DNA of 62,930 bases, the filler included, from Octopus bimaculoides (lineage: Eukaryota), in the NCBI RefSeq assembly GCF_001194135.2. It is 6 parts of 6 records of this genome, joined end to end, with 100 filler letters (N's around TTAATTAATTAA, not from the genome) between each part and the next. Parts side by side here need not be neighbours in the genome. Positions count along the whole stretch, not along the records: positions 7,298 to 32,079 come from NC_068997.1; positions 32,180 to 39,365 come from NC_068983.1; 4 more parts are not named here. One strand, given 5' to 3'. Of this stretch, positions 25,406 to 37,604 are shown piece by piece. The first letter of the stretch is position 1, and each line of letters starts with the position of its first letter. The notes under the pieces were generated by a model. The model saw only the letters and a program-made list of their open reading frames with translations, searched no databases and was not told where the DNA came from. Position numbers and translations under genes: made by a program.

Positions 25406-26327
25406 TTGGGTCATCCTATAAGTAATGCGGTTTTTTCAGTTTGCATGAACTAAAATTCGGAGTAGGAGATGGGATAAACTATCTGCATCAACTTGCTATA
25501 AAAGCAGGCTGTAGTTTTACCATGTACTTATTCTTAGTGCAGGTCTTGAAGAGTGCAGTTTGATTTTAACAGTTATTTCAAAGCTACAATTCAAAGTGAC
25601 AAAGGAGCATATTCGGTATATTTTGCTTTATGAGTTCAATAAAGACAACAATGCAACAGAAAGTGCAAGGAATAAATGTGCAGCATATGGGGATTGGACA
25701 ATAAGCATAAGCCAGTGTCAATTGTGGTTCCAGAAAATTCCAAGCTCGAAACTACAACCTAGAAGATGAGCTTCATCCTGGAAGATCTGTAGAGCTCAAT
25801 GAGGATGTCCTGCAAACCCTGGTGGTAGAAAATCCCATCGCAAATGTTGAGGAACTAGCAGAGAAGCTTGGATTTGGTCTTTCAACCATTCATCAACACC
25901 TGTGCTGGAAGAAAAACAACCATCTTTGGTTTCAAGACGAAAGGGGTTCTTCCATTAGGATAATACTCAGCCACATACAGCAAGGATGACATTCCAAAGG
26001 CTGGAGAAGTTTGAATGGGAAACGATGCCCCATCCACCATATTCGCTGGGCAATGCCCCATCCACCATATTTGCTGGGCAATGCCCCATCTAATTATTAT
26101 TTATTCAGCAGTCTTCAAAATCCTTTGGATGGAAAAAATAGGAATTCTGTAGATGAGGTCAGGACTGTACTGGAGGAGTATTTTTCATCAGAGGCAAGTG
26201 AATTTTGGAAGAGGGGGCTTGCAAGTCTACCAGATGGATGAGAGAGCATTGTAGAAAATGAAGGAGAGTATATTTTAGATAAAAAAGAAATTTGTTTATC
26301 TTAATTTTGAAAAAATAAAAGAGGTAT
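25406..26327 (+). mobile_element. Internally deleted mariner element
   Basis: TIR TTGGGTCATCCTATAAG after TA. Fragments KEHIRYILLYEFNK, HPGRSVELNEDVLQTLV, PHPPY..APSNYYLFSSLQN and SIVENEGEYILD*. Confidence 0.85.
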
Positions 26328-27779
26328 NNNNNNNNNNNNNNNNNNNNNNNNNNNNNNNNNNNNNNNNNNNNNNNNNNNNNNNNNNNNNNNNNNNNNNNNN
26401 NNNNNNNNNNNNNNNNNNNNNNNNNNNNNNNNNNNNNNNNNATATATATATATATATATATAATATGTAAAAGAACGATTCAAGGATCCACATATAGGAA
26501 GTTAGTAAGCTTGGAGCAGTACATAAAAGGTATAAAAAACAACAACATTGAGGAACAATAGTGGTTTATTGGCATAGAAATTTGTAAATTTTTCTCATAT
26601 TGAAGTTCAGTAAGCTGAAAAAAGTGTTATTTTATAGTTGACAGTTAGCAACTAGGGTTGCTATGTATGTGAATAAGAATCCAAATTTAGGGAATGGAAT
26701 CGGTAAAATCCAGGCTACATATGTTTCCTAGCTAGCAGAACTTTGAAAGTAGTAATTACTCAATGAGGAGTACTCGACTAGCTATTCATCTGGCCAAAGG
26801 TACCTTTGTCAATTGAAGGTCCCATTGTCATTGGTATATACGATGGGCTTCTTTCAGTTTCCATCTACCAGTTCCACTCACAAGGCCTTGGCTGGCCCAA
26901 AGCTATAGTAGAAGACGCTTGCCCAAGCTGCTTACCAGACAGTCATGTAGGTATGTATGTATGTATGTATGTATGTGTGAGTGTAACTTTGTGTTTTCCC
27001 CCATCACTGCTTGACAGTCAGTGTTGAATTGTTTACATCAAATAACTTAGCAGTTAGACAAAAGACACCAATAGACAAAGTACCAGGCTTGAAAAAAACA
27101 AACAAAAAAAACGTACTAGGGGCGATTTGTTTGACTAAGGCCTTTCAAGGCGATGCCCCAGCATGGCCGGAGTCCAGTGACTGAAACTGATATATATCTA
27201 TACATTCTAGAGAGAGGGGAAACGAGAAGTAAAGGGATGGAATGTGAGGGAGGGGAAAAAAAGGAAAGGGAGAATGACAATAGTGGAAAACAATTCAAAA
27301 CATCTCAGCTGGGACCCTCTGGTATGTGGACAATTCACGCATAAACATATTTCTCTACAATAGTTAGAGTAGGCGAATGAATACGCTTGTAAATAAGCAC
27401 ACTCACACACACACGCTCTTAGAAATAGATGTAATGACAGCCACATACACACATAGAAGAGACACTGTGACTGGATACTTCAAATACAATAAGCTTAAGG
27501 TATAGATACTGAGCAAGCCGGAACGACACAAACGCATACAGATGCATTCACTCTCACACACACACACACACGTATAGACAGGACAGTCTTTCTTCTTCTC
27601 CTTCGACAACCACCGCCTTCTCGACTTCTAATACCAATCAGTAAACATAACATAAGAGGGGGGAAGGGGAGGAGACTGAAACCGTAGAGGTTGACAAATG
27701 TTACAACTGTTAGTAAGATATGTTGGTAGCGGTGGGAAGGTGCGCTAAACAAATACGTACATAACTAGGAACATAGACA

Positions 27780-27811
<32 letters not shown>

Positions 27812-27848
27812 GCTAGGAAGACATTGTATTTCGACATACATATATATA

Positions 27849-28080
27849 CACTAGCGTAGCTAGTGGGGTGCATATAGGTGCATAGGGGTGCATATATGCA
27901 TACATATATACACTAGCATAGCTAGTGGGGTGCAGTAGGTGTGGTAGGGCTGGACAGCACTTTCAAAGGGGCACCACTTTTGGGTCTGCTATAGGCAATA
28001 TGTGTTTTTTGTGGGGTCTGGGAGGGCGTAGATGGAAGGACTGCCCCGGGTGGTACACATTCTAGCTATGCTAGTGTATA
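27849..28080. mobile_element. MITE with CACTAGCATAGCTAG / CTAGCTATGCTAGTG termini (hAT-like), left end duplicated
   Basis: Left terminus present twice (about 27850 and 27911); inverted copy at about 28062-28077. Confidence 0.6.
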
Positions 28081-28780
28081 TATACATACATGCATATATA
28101 GAAAAATTATGTACTGTCATCAATGCTGGATTTACCATTGCGTTTAGGTGTGTTTTAAGTACAGGGCTTTGTTGACCAGGAGGGGCCCATTTTTCTGCCC
28201 CACTCAAATGTTTTATGCTTAGTTTCCCAAGCATGTATGCCTGACTGTGCAAGTAAGGGGCCTCATCACTTAACTAGCAAAGGGCCTCATTTGTCCTAAA
28301 TCCAGCCCTGACTGTCATAGAGGTCAGCTGTCCTGCTGGTGTGAATATCTCGTAGAAAATCAAGGAGAAAGAAGATAACTATGGACAACTGCGTCGAAAC
28401 CTTTAGCTTCTATATTCAGATTATAAATTTACTTTCATACCAATAATAACCAGAGCAGAAAAAGAAATCAACCAACTGATTCGCACATTACAAATGCAAT
28501 CTGTAACTGGAACAGTAAAACTCTGCAAGACTTTTCTCAGGTTTAAAATGTGACATAGCTTTCGTTAACGACATTCCAAAGATGGAGATTTGTATCTTCG
28601 TTAGAAACCAGCTCCTCCTCCAGAGGAAGAATTTAAATAATTAAATATAGAAGAGACATATGTATATACATAGACAGATAGATACATAGACAGAAATACT
28701 TTCACATCCAAACATACATAGATACATACATATATATCTATATATCTGTAAAAATATGTGTCACTTATTCAGTAGCCATA

Positions 28781-28839
28781 ATAAAACTCCGAGTTTCGGA
28801 TGCCAGTGTGGGAGCCCACGCCAACATCTCTTCAGTTAT
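28781..28839 (-). ncRNA. Minimal type I hammerhead ribozyme motif (Penelope-type)
   Basis: AUAA CUGAAGA GAUGUUGG-[GUGGG-CU-CCCAC]-CUGGCAUC C GAAA CUCGGAG UU UUAU. Intact core, 4-bp stem I, 8-bp stem II with G-U pairs, near-palindromic stem III, GUU cleavage triplet, one extra C before GAAA. Confidence 0.7.
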
Positions 28840-28857
28840 CTAGCCATTGAATTCACA

Positions 28858-28901
<44 letters not shown>

Positions 28902-29030
28902 GTATATATAATGTCAGTAGTGCATATATACAAAAAAGAAGCACACTCTAAAATATTAGAGCAGTAATATATTTTTCAGAAAGTTAATTGGCCACTCTAT
29001 AAGACATAACAATTAACTTCCTAATATATA

Positions 29031-30071
29031 CAAGTGTTGGACAAAATAATTGAAACACCTGGCATCATATTTTTGAAATATCTATAAAACTGTCAAAAGA
29101 TTGTATATTTTTATGTTTTTTGATTTATTATTAGTGTTGCTTAATATGTTTCGCTAAAATTGCTGTTTCTTTTCAGATATCATCAGAAAAAGCTAATTAA
29201 AATTCATTAAAATGATATATTTATCGGACCTTCAAAGAGGTCAAATTGTTGGTGCTCGTATGTTAGGCGCTAGCATAACAAAAACAGCCAAAATGTTTGC
29301 TGTATCAAGAAGTACTGTCTCGAAAGTAATGACAGCCTTTGAGAAAGAGAGAAAAGTCTCCTCGTCAAAACAAAACTTATGCAAATCATTAGAAAGGATA
29401 ACAAAAGTACAAAATTACTGCAGAGCTTAATGACCACCTCGAGAACCCAGTTTCCACAAAAACTGTTCACCGGGAGCTGCACAAAGCCAGATTTCACAGG
29501 AGGGCTGCAATCAGAAAACCACTACTTTCAAAAACAAACATTGCAAAGCGTTTAGAGAGGAGTAAAAACCTACAGAATTGGTCCCTGGAGCAGTGGAAGA
29601 ATGTTATTTTCTTGGATGAGTCATCCTTTACCTTATTTCCAATCACTGGCCGAGTATATGTGTGGAGACAGCCAAAAGAAGCATTTGACTCACACTGTCT
29701 TCTTCCAACTGTTAAACATGGAGGAGGGTCTGTGGTGATCTTTAGGGTGGGGGCTATATCTTGGAAACCCACCAGCCCAATTGTTTCCCTTCATGGCAGA
29801 ATAGTCAAGATTATTTAAGCATTTTATCTGATCAAATTCATCTTATGGTTGTGGAACTATTTCTGGAGGAAAACGCAATCCTTCAGGATGATAATGCACC
29901 AATTCACACAGCTAAAGTTATTACTGAATGGCAGGAGGAACATTCTAGTGAAGTTGAACATCTTATCTGGCCACCACAGTCCCAAGATCTCAATATTATT
30001 GAATATTTATGGTGCATTTTAGAAAAACAAGTAAGGAGTTGATATCCTCCACCATCATCACTACAAGAACT
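29031..30071 (+). mobile_element. Decayed Tc1 (DD34E) transposon, 3' end truncated
   Basis: TIR CAAGTGTTGGACAAAATAATTGAAACACC after TA. Fragments LSDLQRGQIVGAR, WKNVIFLDESSFTLF, VKHGGGSV, ILQDDNAPIHTAK and WPPQSQDLNIIEYLW. Confidence 0.9.
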
Positions 30072-30604
30072 GTGTCTTTTTGGTCAGCTGACAGCAGTTT
30101 TGGCACAAACTTGGCAGATGTGGGTCTCATACCCAAATCTCCAGTGATAATGGACTGAACTGAACCATAACTAATCTGCACATCCTCTGCTAACTCATGG
30201 ATGGTGATTTGCTGATTTTTCCTCAGAGCTGGATGTACATCTCAGATGGTTCTCTTAGTCCTTCTGGTTGCAGGACTCCCAGAACGTTCCTCAATATCGA
30301 CAATTTTTTGGCCATCTTGAAAACATCTGAACCACTCGTACACTGTGTGCATGGCTCATACACTCCTCTCCATACACTTTCTGCAACTTTGCATAAGCCT
30401 CTGAGCAGGTATCACCATGACAACTTTCTCTATCACAGTCAATGCGACAATCACACGCTACACACCTTCCTTCCAAGCACTGCTGTAAGCTTAGTGTGTC
30501 GGCATAGCAGAGTTGAAAGTCAATCTTTGCCAAGCAGTTTCAAATTTGCATGCTTTAGCTTCGTTACTATGGCAACAACCCAGATACTTATTGATCAGAC
30601 CTCA
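30072..30604 (-). mobile_element. Mariner 5' fragment, same family as 73-892
   Basis: TIR ..ATACTTATTGATCAGACCTCA followed by TA. Fragments GDTCSEAYAKLQKVYGEEC and QISYGSVQSIITGDLGMRPTSAKFVPKLLSADQK. Confidence 0.85.
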
Positions 30605-31237
30605 TACACGCATACATACTCATGGAGGGTGCTAACTAAAATACACAAATATACATCTCTAACACATACAAAAGACATTTGAATTATCTGAATTAGAAAT
30701 ATGTATATGTATATGTGTGTGTGTGTGTATGTTTATAGTCAGGACAAATACACATTCAGTAAAGTCATGCATACACAAGAGAGAAAGATAAAGATTGGTT
30801 ATGTTTCCACATATGGAAGGAAGTCAAAGGCCTACAGAGCTTTGTGGCATCTGATGCCTGAATTCTAACAGCCAAGGAAAGATATCAATAACTATCTTGT
30901 TGAAGTTTACAATTGACGAATGGATCACATTACTGAGACAGCTCGGTTAATGAGTTAGTGAGAAGAAGTGTGGACACAGCCCTCTCTCCTGGGAATGCTG
31001 GGAGATCTTATATAATGCTGTTTACAAAGTAAAAATAGAGGATAAACAATTGGTAGGTGGAGAATATTAGTTTGCTGTTAAGACATAAAAAATTCTCATG
31101 TTTTGAGCAGTAACTGTTAATGAAGAATCATATTCAAAATGCTTACACTTCCCCTGTTTTTCATAGCAAATCAATTAATTTTATTCTGAACTGATTATAT
31201 TCACTAACTGCCATGCAGACTCACAACTTTATTTATA

Positions 31238-31441
31238 TGATGGGGTGCTGAAAAGTTCTTGGCTTTAAGGGTATTGCAAAAGGCTTGGTTGGGACCTAAC
31301 CTTCTGAGTTCATTTACAGGACATAAAAAAAAACTTAAGGACTACTGCACTAAGTGCATGTAATGTTGGATAAGATCACGATTAACTGATCCTCCTGTAT
31401 TTTCTTTTACCCAAAGCCAGGAACTTTTCAGCAATCCCTCA
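31238..31441. mobile_element. Second copy of the 8003-8216 mariner-type MITE
   Basis: Same TIRs and shared internal sequence (GCTTTAAGGGTATTGCAAAAGGC, ATTAACTGATCCTCCTGTATTTTC). Confidence 0.85.
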
Positions 31442-31459
31442 TATATTGTAAAAGTCTTT

Positions 31460-32035
31460 GTACGATATGATATATGCTGGTGGCATGTAAAAAGCACCGT
31501 TTGAGCATTGGGCCTCATAGAGGCAGTGACATCAAGCCAAACAAGATCGTAGTTGTGGCCAATGCTAGTGTCACATAAATGGTCTGTTAAAGTACCATTC
31601 AATCATTCGGCAATATGCTGTGCTTGTGAAGACCTGTCGAACTGAGTGAAATTGTAGTTGTGGCTGATGCCAGTGCCATCTCACTGGCACCCACACTGGT
31701 GGCACATAAAAAGTACCGTTCAAGTGTTGGGTCTCATGGAGGCAGTGACAGGTGACCAAAACCTTTGGTGATATACTGTGCTCGTGTAGACCTTCAAGCC
31801 AAGTGAGACCATAAGTGGGCTCGATGCCAGTGTCAGATCAATGGTACCCATGCCAGTGGCACATTAAAAGCACCCACTACACTCTTGGAGTGGTTGGCAT
31901 TAGGAAGGGCGTTCAGCCACAGAAAGCTTGCCAAATCAGATTAGAACTTGGTGCAGCCCCCCCGCTTACCAGCTTTCAGTCAAACCATCCAACCCAAACC
32001 ACCATGGAAAGTGGGCGTTGAATGATGATGATGAT
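31460..32035 (+). mobile_element. RTE-tail-type non-autonomous repeat with internal tandem subunits, ending in (GAT)n
   Basis: Repeated GGTGGCAC.TAAAAAG.ACC blocks, the TTGGCATTAGGAAGGGC tail, and a terminal TGATGATGATG. Confidence 0.6.
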
Positions 32036-32441
32036 AAAAGAAATATATATAAAATACATATAAAATATATGTATATATANNNNNNNNNNNNNNNNNNNNN
32101 NNNNNNNNNNNNNNNNNNNNNNNTTAATTAATTAANNNNNNNNNNNNNNNNNNNNNNNNNNNNNNNNNNNNNNNNNNNNATCCGTAGTGTTATGTTTCCC
32201 TCGGACTGACTCGCAGAGATAACATAACGAGTTATACAATTTAATTATTACATTTATTGTTCAATTACATACAAAGAACGCACTCACCCAATGTTCGTTA
32301 TGAATAAACAAAAGTCATGTCCGCCATATATATATCAATGACATTTTACTACGACAGTCCCACAAGACAACAACAATGAAACAATGAACTCAGACGCGTA
32401 GTCTACACTGTGAAATTACCTGATCTGAGTTAGAATTGGCA

Positions 32442-32560
32442 TTAGAGTTTAGGATTAGGGTTTAGGGTTAAGGTTTAGGATTACAGTTAGGGTTAGGGTT
32501 TAACGTTAAGATTTAAAATGGGGGTTAGGATTAGAGTCAAGTTTAGGATTAGGGTTAAGG
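32442..32560 (+). repeat. Degenerate telomere-type (TTAGGG-like) repeat tract
   Basis: Run of TTAGGG, TTAGGA, TTAAGG and TTAGAG variants. Confidence 0.8.
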
Positions 32561-32823
32561 TTCGACTGCACGCCAAGATGTAAATGGCCAGGTAGACTGC
32601 AAACTAAAATGACACCTTTAGCTGTTATCTAATGGCATTTCTTCTCTGAGTGGTTTTTATACAAACTAAGACCCACTGGAATAGTGTATCAAAGGAAAGC
32701 AAGAAGTGGAAAATAAGTAAGTACACTCAGGAAGGACAAGAAACTATTGTACAAACATGAATTAAACAGCAACAACAACGACGACGACGACGAAAACAGA
32801 TATAGTAAGGGTTGTTGTTGTTG

Positions 32824-32855
<32 letters not shown>

Positions 32856-33899
32856 GGTGGTGGTGGTGGTGGTTCAGCTAATCTTCAAAAACATTCTACT
32901 ATGACCACTACTTATTTTCTTTTTTAAATCTATGTCGACCCTTCCTTTTTCTAAGACTTTAGGCCGTGATTTGCAGAGAAATATGCTCGCTATTTTTATC
33001 ATAATGGTTCCCTCCTTGCTTCGTTGTAATAATCGTGGNNNNNNNNNNNNNNNNNNNNNNNNNNNNNNNNNNNNNNNNNNNNNNNNNNNNNNNNNNNNNN
33101 NNNNNNNNNNNNNNNNNNNNNNNNNNNNNNNNNNNNNNNNNNNNNNNNNNNNNNNNNNNNNNNNNNNNNNNNNNNNNNNNNNNNNNNNNNNNNNNNNNNN
33201 NNNNNNNNNNNNNNNNNNNNNNNNNNNNNNNNNNNNNNNNNNNNNNNNNNNNNNNNNNNNNNNNNNNNNNNNNNNNNNNNNNNNNNNNNNNNNNNNNNNN
33301 NNNNNNNNNNNNNNNNNNNNNNNNNNNNNNNNNNNNNNNNNNNNNNNNNNNNNNNNNNNNNNNNNNNNNNNNNNNNNNNNNNNNNNNNNNNNNNNNNNNN
33401 NNNNNNNNNNNNNNNNNNNNNNNNNNNNNNNNNNNNNNNNNNNNNNNNNNNNNNNNNNNNNNNNNNNNNNNNNNNNNNNNNNNNNNNNNNNNNNNNNNNN
33501 NNNNNNNNNNNNNNNNNNNNNNNNNNNNNNNNNNNNNNNNNNNNNNNNNNNNNNNNNNNNNNNNNNNNNNNNNNNNNNNNNNNNNNNNNNNNNNNNNNNN
33601 NNNNNNNNNNNNNNNNNNNNNNNNNNNNNNNNNNNNNNNNNNNNNNNNNNNNNNNNNNNNNNNNNNNNNNNNNNNNNNNNNNNNNNNNNNNNNNNNNNNN
33701 NNNNNNNNNNNNNNNNNNNNNNNNNNNNNNNNNNNNNNNNNNNNNNNNNNNNNNNNNNNNNNNNNNNNNNNNNNNNNNNNNNNNNNNNNNNNNNNNNNNN
33801 NNNNNNNNNNNNNNNNNNNNNNNNNNNNNNNNNNNNNNNNNNNNCACAAAATGTTTTTTTTTACCAATTTCTCCGTTCTGTCTTCTTCCAAACCCTAAC

Positions 33900-33992
33900 C
33901 TTTAATACAAACATCTCCGAGAGAATCTTCTGCGTGATAACATTTATCTGCAGCTCTGACATCTGTACAACAGGCCATGGTGTATGTAGAAG
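33900..33992 (-). CDS. Candidate 93-nt exon (STYTMACCTDVRAADKCYHAEDSLGDVCIK in phase 1; the phase-0 frame is also open)
   Basis: Strong pyrimidine acceptor ...ctctttcctcatcgtctgctag| and donor AAAG|gttagg. No family recognised. Confidence 0.35.
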
Positions 33993-34051
33993 CTAGCAGA
34001 CGATGAGGAAAGAGAGGAATTGAAATCAGAATACAAAAGATAACGATGGCA

Positions 34052-34082
<31 letters not shown>

Positions 34083-35685
34083 CGGGGAAGGGAACGAAAA
34101 CGATGACAATTATGGTGAATGCATGGATGATGATGATGATGATGATGATGATCCTCCTCATCACCATCATCATCGTCATCATTATCGTGTTAGAGGAGGA
34201 GGAGGAGGAGACGAAGAAGAAGAAGAAGAAGAATTACCTTTTATAAGATTAGCCTCAACGATAATAACATCAGCCATATGACTGTTACCTTCCATCTACC
34301 GTCTCTGAAGCCACTGCTAACATGATATTTACCTCTCCCACTCACTCACAAGCAATGAGAAGGGGTAATATAGATGTAGGGATGAAGGTGTGATGTAAAA
34401 GATGGAAGGGAAGTTGGTGGGAGGAGTAGATTCTAGTGCAAATATCTGATTCACTAAGTAGATATGAACCAAGCACCAAAAGCACTTCTGGTGGTGTAAG
34501 TTTGAAAGAGGTAAACGCTTTTTGATAATACCCAACCCCTTCTACGGAATATGCAAGCCCCACTTCTGCACAATTCTATGAGTCAATTTCGAGCCCCACT
34601 CTCCCTCTACGTCCATCTCTTCTGTTCTTTACCATTTTATTTCTCTTGCGTTTCATCCAACCGTGTTGACCTTGAGAAAGTTATAAACGTCACATATGTT
34701 GTTTCACATTCTCTGTCGAAATATGTATTTTTACACACATATATAAACACGTGTGTGTGTGTGTGTGTGCGCGTTAGTGAGTGAGTGAGTGTGTGTGCAA
34801 TCATCATTATTTTATGTTCATTTTCTGTGCTCGCTTGGGTTGAACAAGTAGATCGATGAACCGCGTCCCGTTTTTGCCTTTTATTTTAGCATGTTCTGTG
34901 CGGCTATGTGCCCTTTCTAACACCAGCTGCTTTGCAGTCTGCACTGGGTGCAGTTTATCGTGGTACCAAAACAAGAGTTGTCTTGTCCTCAACAAGACAT
35001 GACTAAAAAGCTTTCATAACCTCTGTGTTGTCTTTACTTGTTCTGGAAATTACTTTACGTAGTGTACTGGGTGCCTTTTGCCGTAGTACCAGCGAGGTTG
35101 CCTTATACCTTGTAAGACAACCTATAGTGATTGGGACTATTATTTGTTGACTCTGTTCGGAACATTGTGACCAATAGGGTAAGTTGCGAAGAGAGTAACT
35201 GCAGGACTTGAATTGTCAAGCTCGTGTTTTTTCTCATAGTAAGCATGCTACTGTGTTGAATTCGACATCTTTTTTATCAGAGCACCAAATCGTAGAACAA
35301 CAAATGTCTACCACATAACTCTTTATGAATAAGCATATTTTGTAAATATAAATAAAGTCAAATATAAGGATATTTGTTTTTAAAACACATTCCTGGAAGC
35401 TGCAATTTTTTAAAATCACAATATTAAAATTATCAATTTACGTAATATCAAAAGCTTCAGATCATAGAAACTTAAAAAAATTCAACTTCAAATATGTATT
35501 TTTATTACAATAAAACTATCCCCAAATACAATAACATGAAAAAGGTATTACATAAAAACTTGCTGTATGTTATTTAAGTTCAATGTACAATTTTTACACA
35601 TTTGAAACGCCGGTAGTGCTGGGTAATTCTGCTAGTGTAACGTACACACACATACACACATACACGCACGTACACACACACACAT

Positions 35686-35719
<34 letters not shown>

Positions 35720-35790
35720 GTATATACATATTCGTTCGAAACATGATCTTTTTCTACACTTCTCGGACTTTCTCATTATTCAGTGAGTCA

Positions 35791-35827
35791 TTGCTGAGGA
35801 GTTCTAACGATATCGAAACATGTCCAG
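35791..35827 (+). ncRNA. Degenerate minimal hammerhead motif
   Basis: UUG CUGAGGA [stem II poorly paired] GAAA CAUG UC CAG, with palindromic stem III and a GUC cleavage triplet. Confidence 0.45.
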
Positions 35828-36081
35828 AGTTTTTATCACAGCTTCATTACAGATCTCTAAGTTTTAGCTATTTGAAATCTCGGGAGTTCTCTTCCTTGAC
35901 CTTTGAATGAGTAGTGTTCATTAACGCTGGCATCTCTTATCAATATGGTTACAACGTTCCTACTACTTTATCACACTACTTACTTTCTCTCTTCAACTCT
36001 CACCTAAGTACTCCTTATCCATTTCTCCACCCCACCTCATGATCTCCTCTCTCCCTCCGTCTCTCTCTCTATCTATCTCTC

Positions 36082-36127
<46 letters not shown>

Positions 36128-36893
36128 NNNNNNNNNNNNNNNNNNNNNNNNNNNNNNNNNNNNNNNNNNNNNNNNNNNNNNNNNNNNNNNNNNNNNNNNN
36201 NNNNNNNNNNNNNNNNNNNNNNNNNNNNNNNNNNNNNNNNNNNNNNNNNNNNNNNNNNNNNNNNNNNNNNNNNNNNNNNNNCCCTACCCCTCTCTCTTTG
36301 TCTCTTTCTTAATATTTCTATCCTTCGCATTTCAAATAATCGTTTTTTTATCCATCTTTTCTGTTTTGCTACAATACTATCTTTTCTCCCATTATTTCTT
36401 CACCCTTTTTTTCGTTCCTCCCTTTTCATTGTCTCCTCTACTCTTTTTCTCACCAATTTTCGTATCATCCTAAAGTGTTTTCACTCAGTTTTGTTGAACT
36501 CTTATATATTACTATCATAGTTACGTCCCACCCGTTTACTTTACTACATTTACCTGTTAATTAAGTAAACAGCTCCAAGATGGAAGAGAAAACACTGGTA
36601 GCTCGAAATGAATAGGTACCATAAATAAGAGACATATGAAGTAATGAGAAAATTGCAAGAATATGCTAGCATCTCTGATAATATCTTTACCTAGCAGTGT
36701 TATACTTAATCATATGAATAATAGTAAGTCATGTTGGTAGAAAAGTATGCGACTGTGGCATTAATATCTTTTAAAATAATGTACGCAGGTTGGTGAGTGT
36801 ATCAGGGTTTAAAACACAAGAGAGCTAAGTGAAATTCCTTGATGTAAGGAATCAAGTAAGGCAGCCTCATTATGAAGTCTCTCTACAATGTAG

Positions 36894-37468
36894 CATCTGG
36901 GCGGCTACAGGACGTCTGCTACTGAGGAAACCGGGTAGGTCGAAATCACTGGATCTGGCACTTCGGGGCCCGTTGCTGACGATTTTCATTTGTCAACGAT
37001 ATAAATATGTGAGCTTTTATGCATCCATATGAGAGGTCTTCTCAAGGTAGCTAACGCGGTGTTCAGTGTTCTAACCAAATATCCATGTTAATTCTCTCTT
37101 AGTAATTTCTATATCATTTTTTAAAAATAGTGACCGCAAATTTTCATTCCTAAAATTTAGTCGTCTCATCAACAGCAGCAACAAGAGACCCTCTATATCA
37201 GTGTTTCTTGTGATGGACTGCACATCCCACATCCGGCAGATGAGACGCAGCAATATCTTTGTGAGGCGTGGATTACTTCATAATGGGACATTAACTAAGT
37301 AAAAATTGAATAAAACCTGCCGTAAAGTTTCGAGTATATACAGCTAACTATTTACTGTTCATGAAATATTCTGACGAGAAGTCGTGTTCATTATGTTATA
37401 GCACAACTATATCTGTACAATTATGTTTATCTTTATGTGTGCAGGACGCTTTAGCGTCGCTCACATAA
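36894..37468 (+). CDS. Speculative three-exon terminal model: 36894-36934, 37161-37260, 37445-37468 (HLGGYRTSATEETG-RLINSSNKRPSISVFLVMDCTSHIRQMRRSNIF-DALASLT*)
   Basis: GT-AG sites with mutually consistent phases (0-2, 2-0, 0-stop) in locally GC-richer patches. No homology recognised. Confidence 0.2.
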
Positions 37469-37552
37469 CTGCATACGGATTACAAAAGAGCAGTCCGCAA
37501 ATGGAACAAATATTTCATCTCTCACTTCTCCGAATTTTGGTTAATTATCATC

Positions 37553-37604
<52 letters not shown>

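Noticed and set aside
26024-26089. 28-bp tandem duplication ATGCCCCATCCACCATAT..GCTGGGCA
   Set aside because: Simple slippage inside a dead mariner HPPY region; not an array of functional interest.
34880-35095. Exon-like open frames (HVLCGYVPF..., CSVRLCALSNTSC...)
   Set aside because: The minus strand matches the diverged RTE-tail repeat (GCACCCAGT.CA, GTTAG.AAGGGCA).
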